This document shows positions 62,841 to 64,000 of a DNA stretch of 64,000 bases, one piece after another (positions within the stretch are counted from its first letter, which is position 1; every line of letters begins with the position of its first letter). The position numbers were made by a program, and so were the translations under genes. The DNA comes from Paraspadella gotoi (lineage: Eukaryota > Animalia > Chaetognatha), in assembly GCA_051294375.1 (NCBI GenBank), contig CM119267.1, positions 5,461,386 through 5,525,385 on the forward strand, in the 5' to 3' direction. A model generated the notes under the pieces. The model was given only the letters and a program-made list of their open reading frames with translations. It did not search any database and was not told the origin of the DNA.

Positions 62841-64000
62841 ACCCGGAAGTAACGCGCGCTCTGGTGCTTTAATTCGATTTCTATCAAACAATCACCTGAA
62901 AGACCATCCTTTCCCCCCCGTCAGATCGAACGCTCTCGCCTCCCTACCTCTCTCTCTCTCTCTCCTCCCCTCTCTTCTCTCTCTCTCTCTCCCTCTCATT
63001 ACAAGTAGCTACGATCCTGATCATTGAGAGTCGATTGTTATAAATAAATTCATGAACGGTTAATTCTTTACAATTTTCCCTCNNNNNNNNNNNNNNNNNN
63101 NNNNNNNCCCTCAACATTTTATCTTTTTATTAACTCAATTTCTCATCCGACGAAGCGGATAATACAAATATTCATCCAACGGGATTCCTCGACCGGCCGA
63201 ATCCATAGTTTTCGAGGCAGAGTCTTCAGGGTTTTTCCCTTTTTTTGCCTATTATTTCCTTAATATTTGTTATTTACTCGGACGGAGTTCATTTTACAGC
63301 TTAGTTCTCTTTACCTATAGATCCACTCCCTCTCACTCTTTCTCTGACCTCCCTCTCTGACTCTCGTCTCCCAACATTTTTTTTGATAAATTTATTCAAG
63401 AAATTTTTGTCGCGTCAGATCTTTAAATTTAGGCAATTTCCGGCTTTTTCGCCAAAAAAAAAAAGGAAAAAAGAAAACAAAATTTCACCTCTCGTCACAA
63501 AATGGGGTTTTCGATTTTGAGGGTTGTTGATAGGGTGGGAGTGTGCGCTGCTGCACAAGTTTGCGAATTTTGCGCCACTAAAAAGGAATCTTTAATTCTA
63601 ATTTGAGAGAAGGGGGGGTGCTTTTAAGAAATTTAAACAGTTCTTAAAAATATTACGCCACTGTATTGATATTCATATTATATCATTTATATTGATTGTT
63701 TCAATTTCATAGAAATAAACGAGATAATGATTTTGTCAATTTTTTTTCCTTCTCTTTCTTTCCTCGATTCTCGATCAGCAAGTTTTTTTTTTCTCCCTCG
63801 TCTCAATATAGTTAACCCGCCAAATTCTAGTTTCTCTCTCTTTCTCCCTCCATTTCTCTCGCTTCCTACCTTCTCCCTTTCTTTCTCTCGCTTCCTACCA
63901 TCTCCCTCTCTATCACTCTCCCTAATGTCTCTTTCTCCCTCCATTTCTCTTCCCTTCCTACCTTCTCCCTCTCTTTCTCTCGCTTCCTACCTTCTTCCTC

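Noticed and set aside
62820-62845. Primer-binding site (CA..TGGTTCGAACC on the minus strand) for the LTR remnant
   Set aside because: I cannot match it to a tRNA 3' end and no paired LTR is visible.
338-63944. Many ORFs rich in SL/ER/RE repeats, poly-R/V/D or X
   Set aside because: Products of (GA)n, (GTC)n, (GAT)n and (TGAA)n microsatellites, antisense shadows of GC-rich exons, or N-gaps.

Overview
Eukaryotic (invertebrate animal-like) genomic DNA with AT-rich introns, GC-rich exons, very abundant (GA/CT)n microsatellites, 11 N-gaps and clear signs of indel-rich long-read gap filling. The left 20 kb holds, all on the minus strand: a multi-exon immunoglobulin-superfamily (IgSF) gene, a complete 10-exon TTC25/ODAD4 gene, an orphan 227-aa ORF, tRNA-Gly(GCC), tRNA-Phe(GAA), a weakly supported spliced gene and an unassigned ~260-nt structured RNA candidate. 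It also contains a 2.1-kb CAC..GTG fold-back DNA transposon. Positions 21154-59938 hold three versions of one ~10-12 kb locus carrying a second IgSF gene: two near-identical direct copies and one inverted, indel-divergent copy. I judge these to be largely an assembly/haplotype artefact. The copies differ by TE insertions, including a Penelope-like element with hammerhead ribozyme motifs and a nested TTAA (Kolobok/T2-like) MITE. The right end holds a decayed LTR-retrotransposon gag/protease. All calls are by eye; no searches or folding were run.
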